A program made the position numbers and the translations under genes. From a virus, in the UHGV virus genome UHGV-1351770: a DNA stretch of 64,000 bases; one strand, written 5' to 3'. This document shows positions 6,281 to 16,031 of this stretch, piece by piece (position 1 is the first letter of the stretch; every line of letters begins with the position of its first letter). The notes beneath the pieces were generated by a model. The model worked only from the letters and a program-made list of their open reading frames with translations, had not been told where the DNA came from and ran no database searches.

Positions 6281-6776
6281 GTTTAGGCATTTTTAAGAAC
6301 TCTTATAAAAGCTCTTAAAGATACCCGACGGTAGGTAGGGTTAGCCCCCTCAGATTAAGCTCTGCAGCCCTTCCGTCAGACAATATCTTCCAGTTTAAGT
6401 CAGGGTGACTTAGTGGTTATGTCCTGCGGTATATTGAGGACTCGGTTAGGCTTGGGGTCATGACTTCCCACCTTTTGCTGCTACTCAACAGGAGTTATCG
6501 CGAATTACCTGTGCTATTGTGCACCATTAGTGACATCTCTCATGTCAGCATTTCCCACTTTGTGGATAGCTTGAAAAACTACTCCGATATGGAGAAAGAA
6601 CTTCACTACCCTAGAATACCTTCTAAAGTTCTTCTTTAGCCTGGACATAGTTAAATCGTAATAAAACTATTCAGCAGACTGGTTGGTTAGTCTGGAACCA
6701 ACTACCGCGTGGTTTAGGCAGTGCGCAACTAACCTCGGAAGCTTTTACGTTAAAAGCATCAGTTATCCAGTTCTTA

Positions 6777-6850
6777 CCGACCGTAGTATTCGAACCTACA
6801 TCTTCCACCAGTTACGGCTTGATAATACCAATTATACTAGGACGGCAGTG
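6777..6850 (-). ncRNA. Degenerate tRNA-like remnant (T-arm-like gtagt/attcgaa/cctac only)
   Basis: Canonical T loop at 6789-6795 with a 4-bp stem. No convincing acceptor or anticodon arm was found nearby. Confidence 0.2.
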
Positions 6851-7069
6851 TTACTACATAAGTGATTTCCACACCCCACTATTTATAAATTAGAGAAGAG
6901 TTTAGGGGAGAGGTTTCAGACGCCTCATTTTACACGTTTTAGCCACTAACCGGGATTGCCGCCCCCTGTGTACTAGTTTTACAACTAACCCACCGACTCT
7001 ATTCAACGAATCTTAGTGCTCGACGCATCTTACATTAAGACAAGTTCAGCGTAATCGGCTCGCTGTTCC

Positions 7070-7112
7070 CTAATTTATGAATATATTATACAGAATTTAA
7101 AGGCATTTAGCA
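7070..7112 (-). promoter_or_regulatory. Conserved early promoter directed into the 6290-7060 non-coding/tRNA-like tract
   Basis: rc of ctaatttatgaatatattatacagaatttaaag. No CDS follows. Confidence 0.55.
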
Positions 7113-7121
7113 AATAAATTT

Positions 7122-7565
7122 TTAATTAAATTCGCCAGCAATCTGAGCAGCAGTACCACCATCATAACGCCCAGAAAATTCTTCCTTAATCGCTTTCATC
7201 AGCATACCCTTTGTAATTCCAGGGTTTAGCTTAACTAATTCTGCAAAGTATTTACGAATCTCAGTATCAGATAACTGAGGAGGCAGATACTCCTGCAACC
7301 ACTTATTTAGAATGTATTCATACTGAGCAGACTGTAAGCTATAGCTATCAAGATCTCGACCATGAAGTTTAGCTTTCATCTGGTTAATGCTTTTTAGTTG
7401 AGCTTTGAGATAAGACACAAATTGTTCAGAAGTGATGAAATCTTTATCAATACGCTGAAGATCCCCGATTATGGTCTGGTAGCTTTTAGCGACTTCTTTA
7501 TCAGAACCATTAAACTTAGAATCCTGCAAAGCTCTACGCAAAACATCTAAAATATTCTCTTCCAT
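7122..7565 (-). CDS. GatB/YqeY-domain protein (147 aa)
   Basis: Resembles E. coli YqeY over its full length (YLP...LSDTEI, C-terminal K/G-rich tail). Confidence 0.5.
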   Translation of the reverse strand: MEENILDVLRRALQDSKFNGSDKEVAKSYQTIIGDLQRIDKDFITSEQFVSYLKAQLKSINQMKAKLHGRDLDSYSLQSAQYEYILNKWLQEYLPPQLSDTEIRKYFAELVKLNPGITKGMLMKAIKEEFSGRYDGGTAAQIAGEFN

Positions 7566-7735
7566 TATTTCATTCCTAACGCTTGGTTAAAAGATTGTTC
7601 TGTCATAACTGCTGAGACTTTGGCGAAATCAAACTTTTTAGGGTTAGTAGTAATTTCAGCCACGTTAGATGTTTTAACAGTTTTCGTAGTACGAATACCG
7701 CGAGTGTTAACACCAATAATTACAACTGATTTCAT
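7565..7735 (-). CDS. Small ORF (56 aa, MKSVVIIGVNTRGIR...), TAATG-coupled to the yqeY-like gene
   Basis: Promoter/leader TATAATACTTCCATAAACTAATGAGAGGAAG directly upstream. ATG at 7735. Confidence 0.45.
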   Translation of the reverse strand: MKSVVIIGVNTRGIRTTKTVKTSNVAEITTNPKKFDFAKVSAVMTEQSFNQALGMK

Positions 7736-7803
7736 ATTTCGCTTCCTCTCATTAGTTTATGGAAGTATTATACAGAAATTTAAGTATTTAAGCAAGTAAA
7801 TTT

Positions 7804-8271
7804 TTAAGTTTTAGTGACAACAGGTTTATAAAACGTATGTCCCTTAATCTTAGTTGTTTTCTTAAATTTCTTTGTCCAGTAAGGTTTATCTTTACCACTA
7901 TGGAAGTATAGTGCTCCATGTGTAGGATCTTGTGGTAAATCAACGTAGTATATCACTCTAGCTAAATTCTTAGCGGTTTGCCAAGCCTCATCGGTTTTAT
8001 CAACTTTTGGTCTCTTAGATACCCAAGAGAACTGGTTAGACTGATATACTACTTTACAGTAGGAATCTGGGAATTTACCGGAGTTTACACGGTTTTTAGT
8101 AACATGTGCAATCGCCGTCATTCCCTTTATGCCCTCACCACGACTCTCGAAATAGATATTTTTAGCAATGCAATCTATTTCTTTTGCATCGTGCGATGCC
8201 TGACTACTAAAGCTGAAGGTAAGGGCAGCTACTAAAAGCAAAGCTGCCTTCATTCTTTTTACTCCTGCCAA
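7804..8271 (-). CDS. Secreted SleB-like cell-wall hydrolase (Hydrolase_2 family) with signal peptide
   Basis: N-terminal signal sequence MKAALLLVAALTFSFSSQA. Motif YFESRGEGIKGMTAIAHVTKNR. Confidence 0.6.
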   Translation of the reverse strand: MAGVKRMKAALLLVAALTFSFSSQASHDAKEIDCIAKNIYFESRGEGIKGMTAIAHVTKNRVNSGKFPDSYCKVVYQSNQFSWVSKRPKVDKTDEAWQTAKNLARVIYYVDLPQDPTHGALYFHSGKDKPYWTKKFKKTTKIKGHTFYKPVVTKT

Positions 8272-8576
8272 TCATATTCAACACGATTGGGATTTTCTTT
8301 ATACCCTAAGTCAAGCAAATCATTACGCATATTTTGCTTAGCTACTGGGTTCGAGGTTACTAGTACCACTTTCTTTGGTCTCTGCCCAAATTCTAAGAGT
8401 AAACGAAGAATTTGATAACCTTCCATACCGTCTACAGCCAAGTCATTATCCATATAAACGAAATGGCCTGTGGTATCAGTTTTATTCAGAAACTCTACAG
8501 CGGCTTCTGGGGTTCGAATGATAATGTCCATTCCGTGAAGATTACGCACATCATCAATCAAAATATGAAAAGTCAT
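8259..8576 (-). CDS. Stand-alone CheY-like receiver (REC) domain protein (105 aa)
   Basis: ILIDD, phospho-acceptor context VYMDNDL, MEGYQILRLL, VVLVTSNP and downstream Lys all match REC beta/alpha landmarks. Overlaps the preceding gene by 13 nt. Confidence 0.45.
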   Translation of the reverse strand: MTFHILIDDVRNLHGMDIIIRTPEAAVEFLNKTDTTGHFVYMDNDLAVDGMEGYQILRLLLEFGQRPKKVVLVTSNPVAKQNMRNDLLDLGYKENPNRVEYDWQE

Positions 8577-9019
8577 AATAGCCTCGTTTCATCAATTTAA
8601 AAAATATATTATACATATAATTTAGTAGATTAGCAAATACATTTTTAAATTGTGAAACTAGTAAACCGATAAACAGCCTAGAGGCGCCACAGGCCATATC
8701 TTATGAGCCATGTACCTTTGATCTAGGGTTTGAATCATCAACGAATACTTTGCATCTTTTAGCTTTAGAAGTTTAGAAGTTTGAGTTCTTTAAACTTTTC
8801 AGCTTTCATACTTAAATGTTGATCTTTGAAGTTGTGTCGGTAATATCAACGACGCTTTGTTCTTACGTATCAGCTTAAAAGGCTGGTGTAATAAACATAA
8901 TCTCCAATAGATTATACTTTATAGTATGGTCAGCGGTCTTATTTAACCTCGTATTTCAACCGCTGCTGCGAGGTAAGATGCTTGGGCTTTCGTCTACCGA
9001 TTTACTAGCTTTTAACTTA

Positions 9020-9658
9020 TTATTCTACTTCAATGAAAGTAGAGGCGTTAGACTCGGACAGAACAAAGTCAACATTTGTTGCAAAGTCCTGGTATTCCTC
9101 GTCATGCTGCTTAATCAGCTTCTCCAGTTCCAGAGGATCAATCAAGAATGGAGTATTCTTGAGTTCCAGCAGGTTGAGCTGCATTTTAACTTCATCTTCG
9201 GAAGTTTTCTTATCGCGGGTAGCCATGCTATCCTGCAAACGCTCATATTTAGCATCAAACTGTGCTTTCTGCGTATTAAACTTAACCGTAGCGGCATGGA
9301 ACTGCTTACGCATGTTAGCCAGCAGTTGGGCTTTAAGTTCCATAGAACGCTTAGCTTCAATTGCTTCCGCAACAGTCATTTTACGAGAACCGATCTCAAC
9401 TATTGTTTCTGCATTGCTCTTAATCAGAGCAGATTTGATACTATCACGCTTAGACATCATATCCAGCAGAGATTGGAAATCAGTCTTAATACGGGTAGAC
9501 AGGGCATCTACTTCGATTGCAGCGCCAACTACAACCTGGTTTTTATCCTTACCTTCACCAACAGCGATCAGAAGCTGCTGTTCAGTAGCTTTACGGATTT
9601 TAGCTTCCAGAGATTTGATGGTTGCCAGAGCGCGAGTTTTAGAAATACGAGTAGTCAT
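9020..9658 (-). CDS. Hypothetical coiled-coil protein (212 aa)
   Basis: AAGGAAG SD. Heptad-like charged sequence. The overlapping plus-strand ORFs are low-complexity antisense artefacts. Confidence 0.55.
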   Translation of the reverse strand: MTTRISKTRALATIKSLEAKIRKATEQQLLIAVGEGKDKNQVVVGAAIEVDALSTRIKTDFQSLLDMMSKRDSIKSALIKSNAETIVEIGSRKMTVAEAIEAKRSMELKAQLLANMRKQFHAATVKFNTQKAQFDAKYERLQDSMATRDKKTSEDEVKMQLNLLELKNTPFLIDPLELEKLIKQHDEEYQDFATNVDFVLSESNASTFIEVE

Positions 9659-9711
9659 TATTTGCTTCCTTATATGAAGTTTGAGATTTGAATTTGTTTA
9701 AATTTGGTCTG

Positions 9712-9894
9712 TTACAGACCAATTGCCAGCAGAGTGCGCAGAACAGTATCGTTACTGTTATCAATTTTAGGATTAGCACGATTTAGCAGATCAAAGATTT
9801 TCTGGATACCTGATTGACGTTCAGCCATACGACGGATACCCAGATTACGAGTAGCTTTCTTACCATTTTTACGAACATTTTTAGATACTGGCAT
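9712..9894 (-). CDS. Small basic protein (60 aa)
   Basis: AAAAGGAAAA SD. Conserved promoter motif at about 9920-9955. Confidence 0.5.
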   Translation of the reverse strand: MPVSKNVRKNGKKATRNLGIRRMAERQSGIQKIFDLLNRANPKIDNSNDTVLRTLLAIGL

Positions 9895-9964
9895 ATTTGT
9901 TTTCCTTTTATTGTTTTCTCAAATTTATGAATATATTATATAGAATTTTGGAGCCGGAAGCAAA

Positions 9965-10666
9965 TCAAATTTTCATTTTTTCGATCATAGCTGCAACACA
10001 ATAGCTCTCAACTAAGGCATCGAATGCTGGGTCGTGCTTAACCGGATAGATCCCATAACGAATGGTGTCCATCTTCTCCATTTTAGCTATTGCCCAGCTA
10101 ATACCTTCAGTTTCTAGAGCTTTATAACTATAGCCAGTTTGCATCCAGAGATTACGAAGAGATCTAACATTACCCAAGTTCCAGAATTTCCACGGAACTA
10201 TTTCTTCATTGGTTCCAGCATGGAAAGTGTTTGCAGAGTAGATAGTCATATCAAACTCTGGGCCATTGCCATAATACAAAGCATTTTCGCCTAGAGCCAA
10301 CTCCATAATATTTTGAGCCATAGAGAAGGCAGCATGGTTAGAGCCAAGTTTATTAGTGCAATGATGTTTACCATTTTGGAAGGCAATCAGTTTTGGATTA
10401 CGCTCATTCATAGCTTCCATAATGTGGATAGCAGACGGGCTATGTTTAGCCTGATCCATCCAGAATGCTAGAGTAGATGCTGTAACTTTGGCACCAGAAT
10501 TAAGTTGATCTTGTACATCTAAAGTAACAAATACTAGATCAGGGTCTTTATCAATTCCATGCATAGCCACAAAAGCGAATGAAGGCATTGCGATATGAGT
10601 AGTACCACAATCTCCTGGAGTTCCTAGAGATTCAATATCTAGCATACCAAATGGTTTTACTTTCAT
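9965..10666 (-). CDS. DEDDh-type 3'-5' exonuclease (DnaQ-like), 233 aa; start MKVKPF at 10666
   Basis: Exo I MLDIESLG, Exo II YYGNGPEFDMTIY, Exo III HDPAFDALVESY. AAGGA SD before the ATG at 10666. The ORF-track N-terminal extension overlaps the upstream gene. Confidence 0.6.
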   Translation of the reverse strand: MKVKPFGMLDIESLGTPGDCGTTHIAMPSFAFVAMHGIDKDPDLVFVTLDVQDQLNSGAKVTASTLAFWMDQAKHSPSAIHIMEAMNERNPKLIAFQNGKHHCTNKLGSNHAAFSMAQNIMELALGENALYYGNGPEFDMTIYSANTFHAGTNEEIVPWKFWNLGNVRSLRNLWMQTGYSYKALETEGISWAIAKMEKMDTIRYGIYPVKHDPAFDALVESYCVAAMIEKMKI

Positions 10667-10694
10667 AACGTATCCTTTATTGTGTAGAAAACTA

Positions 10695-10931
10695 TTAAAG
10701 AGCTGTCTCTTTAATAGACTCCCACTTCTTGGGGTCTTTAAAACCAGGAAGCATATCCTCACTGACATCCCAGTTCTCTTCCATAGAGAAGTCGGGCCAT
10801 TCATTCCAGCTACCTTCCAGCTCTTCATAACAGGTATCCATTACCTCATGACTAGAAAGTCGTGTATAATCTCTAGCGGACTTATGAGTGCTAGCACGGT
10901 TAAAATCATTCTTTGCTACAAAATTACGCAT
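10695..10931 (-). CDS. Hypothetical acidic protein (78 aa)
   Basis: GGAGAAA SD. Trp/acidic-rich. Confidence 0.5.
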   Translation of the reverse strand: MRNFVAKNDFNRASTHKSARDYTRLSSHEVMDTCYEELEGSWNEWPDFSMEENWDVSEDMLPGFKDPKKWESIKETAL

Positions 10932-10972
10932 AGTTTCTCCAAATAAGAGGGGCTTTCACCCCCTGATTTAAA

Positions 10973-11188
10973 TCACTTGCCCAGCAGTTTAAGGATATTT
11001 TCCATAATAGTTTGGGCAGATTTTTCACTCTTGTTGGTTTCAGCCAACTTTAAAGCGAGTTCTTCCTGCTGTTTCTGAATATCCGCAGCAATTTTTTGAT
11101 CAGCCTCAATACGAGCTTGAAGCTCATCAGTGATAGTGGTAAAGGAAGCAACGATTTCAGTAACGGAACGTGGTTTCTTAGAGAACAT
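10973..11188 (-). CDS. Hypothetical coiled-coil protein (71 aa)
   Basis: ORF followed by a GGGG/CCCC hairpin terminator at 10944-10968. Confidence 0.5.
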   Translation of the reverse strand: MFSKKPRSVTEIVASFTTITDELQARIEADQKIAADIQKQQEELALKLAETNKSEKSAQTIMENILKLLGK

Positions 11189-11252
11189 AAAAAATATCCT
11201 TGATTAGTTAGAGAATCAGTAGATTGTAGGGGCTCTCGCCCCTATTTATCTA

Positions 11253-11768
11253 TTACTTCGCTTTACGCTTGCGAGCTGGTTTAGCAGATTTACGAGCAGA
11301 ATCACCCGTGAACTTAATGCCTACACCGTAACACAGAGCACGAACATTATCTTTACTATACTCTACGCCAAAGATATTTGGCTTAACAGAACCAAACTGT
11401 CCACGAGTATTACGCAATACATCTGCTGTTGGTTTACGCTTCTGGTTAACTGCCTTCTCATAGTCTTTCATAGACATACCATTACGAGAGAACAATTCAG
11501 CCCCAGCGTTGAAGCTCAGGGAAACTGGGACAGATTTGTGGCCGTAATTTTCTACATACATAACCATTTTGTAGGATTTACGGGTGGCATTTTTAGCTTT
11601 AGGCTTCTGACGAATCGGAGCCGGATTATTCAGTGCTTGCGCAGCCTGAGCATCGGTAGGATGCTTACGCAGGTGACGTTCCAGACGAGCTTTGCGATTA
11701 GCCTCAGTCTTCTGGAAAGTTTTAACTGCCGGAGCTGCTTGAGTTTTTGCGTTTTTCTGCTTAGCCAT
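11253..11768 (-). CDS. Hypothetical basic protein (171 aa), Lys/Arg-rich at both termini
   Basis: ORF with a possible nucleic-acid-binding composition. Confidence 0.5.
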   Translation of the reverse strand: MAKQKNAKTQAAPAVKTFQKTEANRKARLERHLRKHPTDAQAAQALNNPAPIRQKPKAKNATRKSYKMVMYVENYGHKSVPVSLSFNAGAELFSRNGMSMKDYEKAVNQKRKPTADVLRNTRGQFGSVKPNIFGVEYSKDNVRALCYGVGIKFTGDSARKSAKPARKRKAK

Positions 11769-11843
11769 TATTTGTTTTCCTTTTTGTTTATCAATTTATG
11801 AAGTATATTATACGAGAATTTGAAGCGTTTAGCAAATGAATTT

Positions 11844-12293
11844 TTAATTTATTAACTGTAAGCTTCTTTTAATTTCAGACCTTACCTGCATCAAAAGAAC
11901 TCCTAAAGTATTATCCCCGATGCCTCGGCAAACACCCCAATATGTATCTCCCCAGGTATTTCCTTCAATCAAAGTTGCATTTTTTGTTGCTAACAGTTTG
12001 TCTCTCAAATCAGGGATTGCGAACTTTAACCGTAAAAGTTCTAGCATTACATCATCTTTTACTTTATCCCAGTCAGAGCGTAGAGTTAATTTACGTCCTC
12101 TACGTTTGGCAACTCCTGCGTTTAGAGAGCGTAGTACATGAGCTACATCATCTTTTTGGTCTGATTTCATAGCCTGAAAAGCATGTTCTACAGTATCAGC
12201 ATGCCATATTTCATTTAGATATTCGAAAGTAATTGGTGATAAATAAAAGTTTGATAAGAAACTATAAGCACCTTTAAATTCAGTAATCTTCAT
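11844..12293 (-). CDS. NADAR (YbiA-like, DUF1768) domain protein
   Basis: FKGAYSFLSNFY...EHAFQAMK matches the NADAR family N-terminal signature. Confidence 0.6.
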   Translation of the reverse strand: MKITEFKGAYSFLSNFYLSPITFEYLNEIWHADTVEHAFQAMKSDQKDDVAHVLRSLNAGVAKRRGRKLTLRSDWDKVKDDVMLELLRLKFAIPDLRDKLLATKNATLIEGNTWGDTYWGVCRGIGDNTLGVLLMQVRSEIKRSLQLIN

Positions 12294-12574
12294 TTTTTAC
12301 GCCCCGCATCTTTAGCCTCCTCGGCTGTATAAATATACTGATAAGCCCCTTTGGAGTAGGCTGGAGCAGTACACATTTTCTTACGCTCAATCTCTTCTTG
12401 AGCTTTTCTTTCGCGTTCAGCTAATTCTTCGTCCAGATAAACTAAACGTTGTTCTGGAGGAGGTGGAAGACGTGTCTCTGGCTCACCAATATTAGCCTTT
12501 CTTATTTGACGAGGTGATTGTGCACGTTTTCTCAATGGTTTAAATCCTGATGAATTTGAGTTATAAATTCGCAT
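12290..12574 (-). CDS. Hypothetical protein (94 aa)
   Basis: TTGCTT-17-TATAAT promoter plus leader with GAGGAGGG SD upstream at about 12575-12640. Confidence 0.5.
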   Translation of the reverse strand: MRIYNSNSSGFKPLRKRAQSPRQIRKANIGEPETRLPPPPEQRLVYLDEELAERERKAQEEIERKKMCTAPAYSKGAYQYIYTAEEAKDAGRKK

Positions 12575-12650
12575 AAAGCCCTCCTCACTTTCAATACGAA
12601 TATTATACTAAATTAGAGGGCTTTAAGCAAGAAAATTTTTAATTTATTTA

Positions 12651-13127
12651 TCACATCTCAGCCATTTCAGCTTCAGTAATAACAGTATTACACAATGCAT
12701 CTACAGCTTCATTACCACTAATACCAGAATGCCCTTTAACCTTAATAAAGGTAGGGTTAGTATTATGAAAGTTGATATACTGCTGTGTTAATTTAAATGC
12801 TTCCTGCCAAAGTTCTAGATTAAGTGGAACTTCACCATCTGCTTTCTTCCAGCCTTTTCTTTGCCAAGAAAACATCCAACTTTCCATGCCATTTTTGCAA
12901 TAAGCAGAGTCAGTATAGATAGCAATTGGTCTATTATCTTTTTTAACAGACCAACGTAGAGCTTCTACAATAGCTGTGAGTTCCATCTCATTATTTGTAG
13001 TTTTAGGATTATAACCAGATTTAGAGCCTAAACGATCGTCGTTATCATCATAGACAATAAAACCCCAAGCACCTGGACCTGGGTTAGACTTACAAGCACC
13101 ATCTGTGTAAATGTGGAAAACCGACAT
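12651..13127 (-). CDS. rnhA: Ribonuclease H (RNase HI-like), start at the ATG at 13127
   Basis: IYTDGACKSNPGPGAWG, ELTAIVEAL, YTDSAY, KVKGHSG...NE.VD (DEDD catalytic residues). GGGAGG SD. TAATG-coupled with the upstream ORF. Confidence 0.85.
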   Translation of the reverse strand: MSVFHIYTDGACKSNPGPGAWGFIVYDDNDDRLGSKSGYNPKTTNNEMELTAIVEALRWSVKKDNRPIAIYTDSAYCKNGMESWMFSWQRKGWKKADGEVPLNLELWQEAFKLTQQYINFHNTNPTFIKVKGHSGISGNEAVDALCNTVITEAEMAEM

Positions 13128-13408
13128 TATACCTCCCAACTAATTTTAAGACCCATGTCTACAAAGGCAGCTTCTCGGTAGTATTGAGAGATATGATACC
13201 CCTTATCCGATAAGGTTTTTAGTACCGATTTAGCTGCTCCTGGCATTTCTCTAGGATTATATAGCCACCTAGCGTAAGGATTATCTCGAATAATTACTTC
13301 TGTATTTCCAGACTTAGCAGCTTCTACAATCTTTTCTTCTATAAACTTTAGAAATGCGGGTACTTCTGTTAATCCTGCAAGTTCTTGAGCTTCTTTGGCT
13401 GAAATCAT
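13127..13408 (-). CDS. Hypothetical protein (93 aa)
   Basis: ORF with a conserved promoter motif at about 13410-13470. Confidence 0.5.
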   Translation of the reverse strand: MISAKEAQELAGLTEVPAFLKFIEEKIVEAAKSGNTEVIIRDNPYARWLYNPREMPGAAKSVLKTLSDKGYHISQYYREAAFVDMGLKISWEV

Positions 13409-13501
13409 TATATACCTCCAGTTTATAAAATATATTATATTTTAATTTCACTAAATAAGCAAATGAAATTTAAATATAATAGCCCCGAAGGGCTATTTAA
13501 A

Positions 13502-14356
13502 TTACACAGTGAATGGATACGCAATAGCAGGGTGGTGTTCGTAACCACGAACAGTAAAATCATCCTTACTTACCCAGGTCAATACATCCTCCAAAGTTCG
13601 GATATTTGGATTGATTTCTAGAGTAGGAGGTGCAAAAGGTTCACGATCGAATTGCTTATGCTCCATCAAAACATTATACTGATCCTCATAGATATGAAGA
13701 TTGATAATCTTCTGGCGTGCAATTCCTGGTTTAAGGCCTGTAATCTGTGCCATTAATGCTAGAAGCGTATAGCACTGAACCATGTTAAATACTTGGCCTA
13801 ACAGGAAGTCATTAGATCTCTGGAAAGAATTCAGGTATAATGTATCTCCCAAAATAGAGAACTGATGAGTGTGCATACATGGACGTAAGCAACCCTTTGA
13901 GAACTCTCCCGGATTCCAGAAAGTTAGAATTTCTCCACGATCATCAATGCCATTTTTCAGATTATGATAAATCTTGGCTAGTTGGTCAAACATAAGACCA
14001 TCGGAATTAGTCCACTGACGTCCTTGAACACCATAGACTCGTCCCATATCATCCTCACCTTTACGGTATGGATTGTCTAGCCAAGCTAAATTTTCATTTG
14101 CATTAGCATTCCATGTGTTAACACCAATAGCGCGGAACTGTGCTGCTGAATCATACCCACGTAGATACCCAATCATTTCCATTATTGCTTGTTTTGCAAA
14201 CGCCTTACGAGTAGTAATAAGGGGAAATTCACCTGCACCTACGTTAAAAGTAAAATCTGCGTCAATAATAGTGAGGCAACGAACCCCTGTTCTAGGATTC
14301 GTTACCCACTGACCCTCTGATAGAATACGTTTTCCAACTTCGATATACTGATCCAT
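13502..14356 (-). CDS. thyA: Thymidylate synthase
   Basis: Full-length similarity to ThyA, including the active-site region RPCMHTHQF. Confidence 0.9.
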   Translation of the reverse strand: MDQYIEVGKRILSEGQWVTNPRTGVRCLTIIDADFTFNVGAGEFPLITTRKAFAKQAIMEMIGYLRGYDSAAQFRAIGVNTWNANANENLAWLDNPYRKGEDDMGRVYGVQGRQWTNSDGLMFDQLAKIYHNLKNGIDDRGEILTFWNPGEFSKGCLRPCMHTHQFSILGDTLYLNSFQRSNDFLLGQVFNMVQCYTLLALMAQITGLKPGIARQKIINLHIYEDQYNVLMEHKQFDREPFAPPTLEINPNIRTLEDVLTWVSKDDFTVRGYEHHPAIAYPFTV

Positions 14357-14889
14357 TAATAAGTAACCAATTCCTGTACAAATCGCAGGCTGTTATCACT
14401 GTTTGCGCCGGTTGCGTAAACTAAACGCGTAGATTCATAGTTGTAATCTAGAATCGTATTATCCAGATGTACATCTGCCTCTAGTTTTTGATTACTAAAG
14501 ATTGTGGATACAAAAGCACTTTCAATATGTCCATGAATATACATTTCGTACAGTAATGTTGCACCACCTAAAACCACTGTCTGCTGATCTTTTAAGAACG
14601 TAGGTAATGTATCCCCAATCTTTGAAATTGGAGTATAGATACCATGTTTAATATCATCAGGCAGAGGACGATCCGCACGAATAAAGAGGTCAGATTCTCC
14701 AATCATACGTTGCCGAACAACTTCTGGAAGTGCTAAATAAGTACCTGCACCAATGATGATGTTATCTGGGTTCAACACGTCCAGTTGAGAGTAGAAAGCA
14801 TCTAGTTCTTCTTTGAAGGAACCCCATGGGAGTTTGCCTCGGAGGCCGAACTCCCCATTCGGCCCAACTGCATATAATGCCGTTATCAT
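14356..14889 (-). CDS. frd: Dihydrofolate reductase
   Basis: [12 protein letters not shown] and matching size; adjacent to thyA as in T4 and T5. Confidence 0.8.
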   Translation of the reverse strand: MITALYAVGPNGEFGLRGKLPWGSFKEELDAFYSQLDVLNPDNIIIGAGTYLALPEVVRQRMIGESDLFIRADRPLPDDIKHGIYTPISKIGDTLPTFLKDQQTVVLGGATLLYEMYIHGHIESAFVSTIFSNQKLEADVHLDNTILDYNYESTRLVYATGANSDNSLRFVQELVTY

Positions 14890-16031
14890 AAGAAATCTCC
14901 AAATTCATTGCCCAGATCTTTCAGAGTATCCGTAGAGGTCTCAGTTACCTGACCTACACGGTAGGCTGCACCAATCTGGATTTCTTGTGGAGCAGGCTGT
15001 AAAGAAGTGGTATCCAACCAGTTCATGATCCACGGAATAGGGTTTTTGGTGATTACTGGTAAATGACTAGGCCATTCTACACCAATGTGCATAAACGCAT
15101 TACGCCCCACAAAATATAGGTACTCTTCTAGAAGTTCTGCGTTCAAACCAATCAGACTACGACCTTTGAAAATGAAATGACCCCATTCAATTTCAGTTTT
15201 TAGAGTTTTCAGGAGCTGTGCTGGTGCTTTAGCCACTGCTTCCTCTACCAGATCTTTGTCAAATTGTTGAAACATAATCTGGATGATTGCTTTGGACATC
15301 TGAGTGTGCAGAGCTTCATCTTTAGCGATTAATTGCAGATTTTTAGCAATACCTTGCAGAATATCGTTTTCTGCTAATGCAAAGGTACATGCAAAGGATG
15401 CGTAAAACTGCATTGCTTCCAGACCGTAGATCGCAAAGTAAGCATCTAATAGCTTAGCCTGAGTTTCACGTTTAACTTCGGGGAACTCAGTTTCTGGATA
15501 TGTATTGTCGCCACGATGATCGCGTACTGCGATGAAATACTGACCTAACTGGTACAGTTCATCGAATAGTTCAACAGAATCAGCTATGCGTGCGAATGCT
15601 TCTTGGTTTTTGGTTACAGAATCAATAAATTCTGCTGGATCAGTTAGCACATTACGAATAATATTGCTATAAGCACGACTATGCAGATCTTCGAAGTAGC
15701 TCCACTGCTTGAGCATACCTTCCAATTCTGGACGACTTACAAGCGGCATAATAGCCGCTTCAGGAGCACGACTGATAAAGGAATCTGTTTGAGTCTGCCA
15801 TGCTAAGTTCAGGAGTGTAATTTCCTGAATTTCACGTGGGAGATTAGGCCATTGTTTCTTATCTGCTTCCAGACTGATTTCAGTTTCAGTCCAAAATTGA
15901 GAGCGTTGCAGAAGTGCCAGACGTTCTAGTTCTGGATGTGCTACACGTACATAATCTGCGATACCGAGAGAATCGCCCAGGAAAAGATCAGCGTTAGTAT
16001 GATCCCAATTCAGGTTTAGTAAAGTAGTCAT
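14886..16031 (-). CDS. nrdB: Ribonucleotide reductase small subunit (class Ia beta)
   Basis: Di-iron ligand motifs (E..H) and matching size; upstream partner of nrdA. Confidence 0.85.
   Translation of the reverse strand: MTTLLNLNWDHTNADLFLGDSLGIADYVRVAHPELERLALLQRSQFWTETEISLEADKKQWPNLPREIQEITLLNLAWQTQTDSFISRAPEAAIMPLVSRPELEGMLKQWSYFEDLHSRAYSNIIRNVLTDPAEFIDSVTKNQEAFARIADSVELFDELYQLGQYFIAVRDHRGDNTYPETEFPEVKRETQAKLLDAYFAIYGLEAMQFYASFACTFALAENDILQGIAKNLQLIAKDEALHTQMSKAIIQIMFQQFDKDLVEEAVAKAPAQLLKTLKTEIEWGHFIFKGRSLIGLNAELLEEYLYFVGRNAFMHIGVEWPSHLPVITKNPIPWIMNWLDTTSLQPAPQEIQIGAAYRVGQVTETSTDTLKDLGNEFGDFL

Noticed and set aside
6683-6865. 60-aa plus ORF in the non-coding tract
   Set aside because: No SD. 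It overlaps a tRNA-like T-arm remnant. The region reads better as non-coding RNA.
8978-9691. Plus-strand ORFs 8978-9691, 9033-9677 and 9142-9372 opposite the 212-aa coiled-coil gene
   Set aside because: Their translations are Leu/Ser/Phe-rich antisense artefacts. The minus ORF has an SD and fits the operon orientation.
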